Source of the DNA: Octopus vulgaris
Lineage: Eukaryota
Reading direction: 5' to 3'
Length of the DNA: 64,000 bases
NCBI GenBank assembly: GCA_951406725.2
Contig: OX597815.1
Coordinates: 164,238,001 to 164,302,000 of the forward strand
The position numbers were made by a program, and so were the translations under genes. A model generated the notes under the pieces. That model saw only the letters and a list, made by a program, of their open reading frames with translations. It had not been told where the DNA came from and ran no database searches. Positions within the stretch are counted from its first letter, which is position 1. Each line of letters opens with the position of its first letter. Below are positions 57,512 to 64,000 of the stretch, in pieces.

Positions 57512-57729
57512 CTTGATATGAGACCCCCATGTCGCGCACATATGGTTGTGATGCATGTGTCTGGTGTACCCTTATCAGGCGGGTAGTCGTGATGGGTATA
57601 CTGGGCCTCGTATATTTTACCCCAGTGTCATATTGATGGCATGCACTGCTCTCTTACTCAATAATAATAATAAGAAGAAGAAGAAGAACAACAACAACAA
57701 CAAGAATCATAATGATGATGATGATAATG

Positions 57730-57806
<77 letters not shown>

Positions 57807-57825
57807 AAGAAGAAGAAGAATGATG

Positions 57826-57884
<59 letters not shown>

Positions 57885-58033
57885 CTTGATATGAGACCCC
57901 CATGTCGCGCACATATGGTTGTGATGCATGTGCCTGGTGTACCCTTATCAGGCGGGTAGTCGTGATGGGTATACTGGGCCTCGTATATTTTACCCCAGTG
58001 TCATATTGATGGCATGCACTGCTCTCTTACTCA
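56812..58033 (+). mobile_element. Non-coding (AAT)n-tailed retroposon-like element plus two tandem repeats of its 3' 150 bp
   Basis: Full copy 56812-57361. The 3' segment tcttgatatgaga...ctcaataat recurs at about 57511-57661 and 57884-58033, separated by AAT/AAG tracts. Confidence 0.78.
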
Positions 58034-58102
58034 ATAATAATAAGAAGAAGAAGAAGAAGAACAACAACAACAACAAGAATCATAATGATGATGATGATAA
58101 TG

Positions 58103-58155
<53 letters not shown>

Positions 58156-58598
58156 CCTCGTCATTATCATCTTCCTCCTCCTCCTCCTCCTCATCATCAT
58201 CATCATCATCATCATCGTCGTCTTTGTCGTCGTCGTCTCCACCACCATCATCAGTAGCTGCACAGCAGTATGTTGTTGTCTTCATCATCGTCAGCAACGA
58301 AAGCAACAAGAATAGCGATTACATATGTGCTCGCACGACCTGCTTGATATAGCAGCCAAACCCATCAGTCTCTTCGTACAGCCTTGATAATGGAAAGACA
58401 TATTTGTAAATAGTGTACTAGATATGCCACAACGACGACGACGACGACGGCGACAATTGTAAAAACAAAGATTACGGCGACGACGACGACAACACCAAGG
58501 ACTAAGACATGGACGACGATGACGGCGATGTCAACGACGATGACGGCGATGTCAACGACGATGACGACGACGATGACGGCGATGTCAACGACGATGAC

Positions 58599-58630
<32 letters not shown>

Positions 58631-59519
58631 TGACGACGACGACGATGAGGGTTTTGGCGCTGTCGAGTTGATTTCCGTTTAGTACTTTTGTTGTTTTTCA
58701 AAACTTTTCTCAGTAGTAAGCTCTTCCAAAATTTCTAGTTTGTTTTTTTTTTCTATGTTTTCTGTCTCGTATTATTTCCTTTCTTTACCAGCGTACCCCA
58801 CACCGATCGTCTTCAACGTACCCATTCATCCGAACATTCATCGTTGCAATTCTTCCGCTGAAAGTACTGCGTGAGTCTGTAAGATGTAAGAGCTGCAGTC
58901 TAGTGCTTCCTTTCTAATCACTACTTTGCATATTTTTTTCTAAAATTAAAGCATTCTGTATTCTTTCTTAAACCCATTTTCTCTATCTCCATCTGTCTCT
59001 TAACATATTTATACCTCACTCACTCACATACACACATATGTATGTATATATATGTATGTATTCATGTATGTATGTATGTCATTATACAGTTTTATTTCAA
59101 GATTTCTTGCCAATAGAGAAAGAGTCGGTTTCTAACCTAGATCCAAGGCTCTTACACTGGAATTTCAACATCAACAGAGTATTTTGTATGTATGTATGTA
59201 TGTATGTATGTATGTATGTATGTATGTATGTATGTATGTATGCATGCATGCATGTATGTATGTATGCATGTATGTATGTATGTATGTATGTATGTATGTA
59301 TGTATGTATGCATGCATGTATGCATGTATGTATGCATGCATGTATGGATGGATGGATGGATGGATGTTTTGCACGGATTCATATATGAAAGTGTGAAAAC
59401 GTTTTATTTTTATTAAAACAATGAGCCCAACAACATACATTTTATTTCGTTCGATTACTCATTGTAGCACTTTGAATTCTGTATTGTAAATGACTAAACC
59501 AGCTTCCTAAGAACCAATG

Positions 59520-60750
59520 ATGTCTCAACTTGTTTGCATAGGGTATATATATATATATATATATATATATGCCTATATAGCGAACTATGTATCATATTTA
59601 ATGTATACACACTGGCCATAGACCAATAACTGTAGTATTTGTTGAGATAAGATCTTTTGTTGACTTGCTGTGTTAAAAACAATAAGTATGGGAGAAAGAT
59701 GGATCTGAAATTAAGCAGTGTGGTGAAATTCCACCACACTGCTTACACCCAGATCTGAAAATTTTAGCAAGAGCAAGCACATGGACAAGTTCCTTTTGCT
59801 GAACTGGAAGTACCTCCTTCTCCAGATTGAACAGTTATCTCATAGACTTTGGCGTCCTCCCTGTTGAATTATTCTACACTAGATGGATTAATTATGATTT
59901 CGACTAATAATTTAGCCATAACCAATTACCCTTCCTAGACATTTTGATTATATAGAATAGCACTAACATATAAACCGACATCTATTACAAACCAACGGAA
60001 TAAACAGTATCTACTTTTGATTTCATGCCACCTAAACATACGAAATTTAATATTCTAGTTAACCTAGAAGAAATCCGAACAGTTGTCTCCAATCTGGAAG
60101 TTCAGGATAAAAGACTCCTAGAATTAAAACAGGCGCTACTTGAAGGAAAGTAACCGTATATTCAAATAGAGAAGGGAATAGAACGCGCCGAAGCATTAGA
60201 CATTGAAGAATTACGAAAAGTCAAGCCAGTTCACATAGATCCTAATTACTACTTTTAATTACAACACACGACCCAGGAAACATAGAAATATTCAGCATTA
60301 TCCTTCAGAGTATAACATTATTGAGCCAAAACCCAAGAATGAAAATGGCACTTGTATCATATAAGATAATCAAATGCAAATACAACCAATATCCCAAAAG
60401 AATACTTACCAACGCGTAACTATCAACTACGGACTCAAATCCAACAGGTGAAAAGTATAGCCGGTCTAATTGTGTAACTTTATTGAAGACACAACTTATA
60501 AATTTAAATCGGGGATAGTTTTTACTACGAAAGAACATTTTATTTGATCATCAAAAAATTCAACATATGCCATCAAATGCAATGGATTCGGGAAGACTAT
60601 ATTGGACAAACTAAATACTTTGAGAATTAAATATTCATCTTCAACAAATTATCCCAGGACGATCGTAGAACGTTTTGTTAACTCACGAGCCCTATGGAGT
60701 ACAAGATGAAGGTAGCCTAAATCCTGGTTTATCGATTGTTGTTTCCAAGC
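59520..60750 (+). mobile_element. Highly decayed Penelope-like element (RT C-terminal half plus GIY-YIG)
   Basis: LPFLDIL, TDIYYKPT, SCH..HTKFNI-like, ITTHDP and GEDYIGQT motifs in order, with frameshifts. Confidence 0.7.
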
Positions 60751-61381
60751 AAAGGTATAGATATATGCAAGTATACACGCTCTTACACACATCCATAAAT
60801 ATATATATATAGTAGAAATATGTTACAAAAAGAAAATATAAAATACACGTGGAAATGTAAGGGTAAAATATGAAAAATCAACGAAAATGCACATTGCAAA
60901 TAAAAAAAGGCTTTTTATGACAGGTAACGACAAATATATACATTTAGATGGACTGAGGTAGTAATAAGAGTCATAAAAGTCATTATTATGAGATGATTAT
61001 AAGATGATAATAAAGTATGAGAGCAAAGCGCATGTTTCAGTTGATCAAATGGCGAATAGTCGGACGATCATGAGGGCAATTCCATGGTTGGTCAAGTTCT
61101 AACATGTGACAGGTGAGCGTTTTCATTTCTCTTTTTTTGAGAGCAGTTCCAATCATCATTGATTTGCGATATAATAAATCTCTGAACGAGGTATAAACAG
61201 TAGCTCCACAACAATGTGAAGTATATTTGCCACCTAAATGTGGATAACTACTAAGGGTGGATGCTACTGTAGCTTGTAGCCCCAGGAGAGCATCTTCTCC
61301 AGCTGACTATTGACACACTTTCTGTGCCCTATCAGTATTTGCAAAGGGAAGCCATCCTTCCATCGTCGACCTGACGTGATA

Positions 61382-61426
61382 CGAACGGAGCCGGGTTTCT
61401 GGGTATTCACCCGTCGTCAGCGCACG
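61382..61426 (-). ncRNA. Type I hammerhead, family B left arm (mutated stems)
   Basis: CGUGCG CUGACGA cgggu-gaau-accca GAAA cccggc UC CGUUCG. Confidence 0.65.
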
Positions 61427-61540
61427 ACAATCACCGGTCTCCGATGCGAAGGGGTCGCAATGCAAATACATATATCCTTTTTCCAGTAACGATATATGTA
61501 TTTGCATTACGAACCCTTGGCATCGAAGACCGGTGATTGT

Positions 61541-61585
61541 CGTGCGCTGACGACGGGTAAAAATCCAGAAACCCGGGTCCGTGCG
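61541..61585 (+). ncRNA. Type I hammerhead, family B right arm, canonical core
   Basis: cgtgcg CTGACGA cgggt-aaaa-atcca GAAA cccggg TC cgtgcg; predicted cleavage after C61579. Confidence 0.82.
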
Positions 61586-62069
61586 TATCACGTCAGGTCG
61601 ACGATGGGAAGGATGGCTTCCCTTTGCAAATATTGACAGGGTACAGAAAGTGTGCCAATAGCCAGCTGGAGATGTTCTCCAGGGGCCAAAGCTACAGTAG
61701 CATCCACCCTTAGTGGTTAGCCACATTTAGGTGGCAAATATACTTCACACATACACACACATATATATATATAATTAAACATTTGGTTGTTTTCATGCAT
61801 ACTTCTATAAGACACACACATATACAGGCGTCCAAATGTTCACGTATAGTAGACATGCACGCTTATTATTGCTTAGGAGAAAAAAATCAAAATAGCTTGT
61901 GTCTCTTCCGTGTATTCACTTATTATTCATATACAAACACACATATGTACGTACATACAAGCATCCACGCACACACATTCACATTCTGTTAAAATTATTG
62001 TCTAAAAAAACACAATGAGAGCCATGACAGCAACCTGCGTCATATTCTTAAGAGGCATGAGCTTATACA

Positions 62070-63540
<1,471 letters not shown>

Positions 63541-64000
63541 GCCGGGTATGAGGTAATAGGAATTTAATGTACGTAAACAAAATCTTATTCTGAAAGAACT
63601 GTTCATGATATTTCGATCAACTTGAAAAAAAAAAATAAGAGAAATTATACACAAGAACAAAAACATTCATATGATATGATATACATGCAGCCTTAGTCAC
63701 GATTAAATCACTCAATACTTACATTAATTTTCATTTCTCTCGCATGCTTCCATCTCTTAGATATGTATGTGTGCACGGCTGCACATGTATGTGCATACAT
63801 TCGCAGACACACGAATGCATACGTAAATACATACGTAAATATTTAATTAGATACACACACTCACAAGATTTAAAGAAGATTGAAGAAATACAGATTATCA
63901 AAATTTATTTATTGCAGTATTATCCTCATTAAATTCCAATCAGACACGTGTTTCTGTCGGATAAGTGTCCTATTGTTCTTTGATGGAGAATTGATGTGCA

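Larger units (their letters stand above)
61215..61749. mobile_element. Inverted dimer of a hammerhead-containing monomer (family B)
   Basis: 61215-61476 and 61491-61749 are diverged inverted copies around a 14-nt spacer. Confidence 0.82.

Noticed and set aside
63935-63995. Minus-strand GAAA-CACGUG-UC half-hammerhead
   Set aside because: The core position reads AAGAACA, which is too degenerate, and it lies at the window edge.

Overview
AT-rich eukaryotic non-genic DNA saturated with repeats. The SINE families and heavy microsatellite load suggest an octopus/cephalopod genome (inference). No intact host gene is evident, and most listed ORFs are microsatellite translations. Mobile content includes Penelope-like element (PLE) fragments, a near-full-length decayed R4/Dong-type LINE plus fragments, Tx1/L1-, CR1- and RTE-like fragments, mariner remnants, non-autonomous Helitrons (one a head-to-tail trimer), a DINE/Helentron-like element and many tRNA-type SINEs. 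The main unexplained signal is a set of about 16 type I hammerhead ribozyme motifs, most with short palindromic stems III. The clearest case is 576-2673: a 2.1-kb fold-back palindrome of 359-bp tandem monomers, each carrying a hammerhead, flanked by a 13-bp direct repeat (retrozyme-like). A diverged sister family (13661-13910, 61215-61749, relic near 43300) shares a covarying multi-helix RNA domain 3' of the ribozyme. A third, unrelated hammerhead family (15928-16433) has the same fold-back layout. A possible decayed Cys-loop receptor gene lies at about 18800-19925 (-). All calls come from reading the sequence by eye; no alignments or folding were run.
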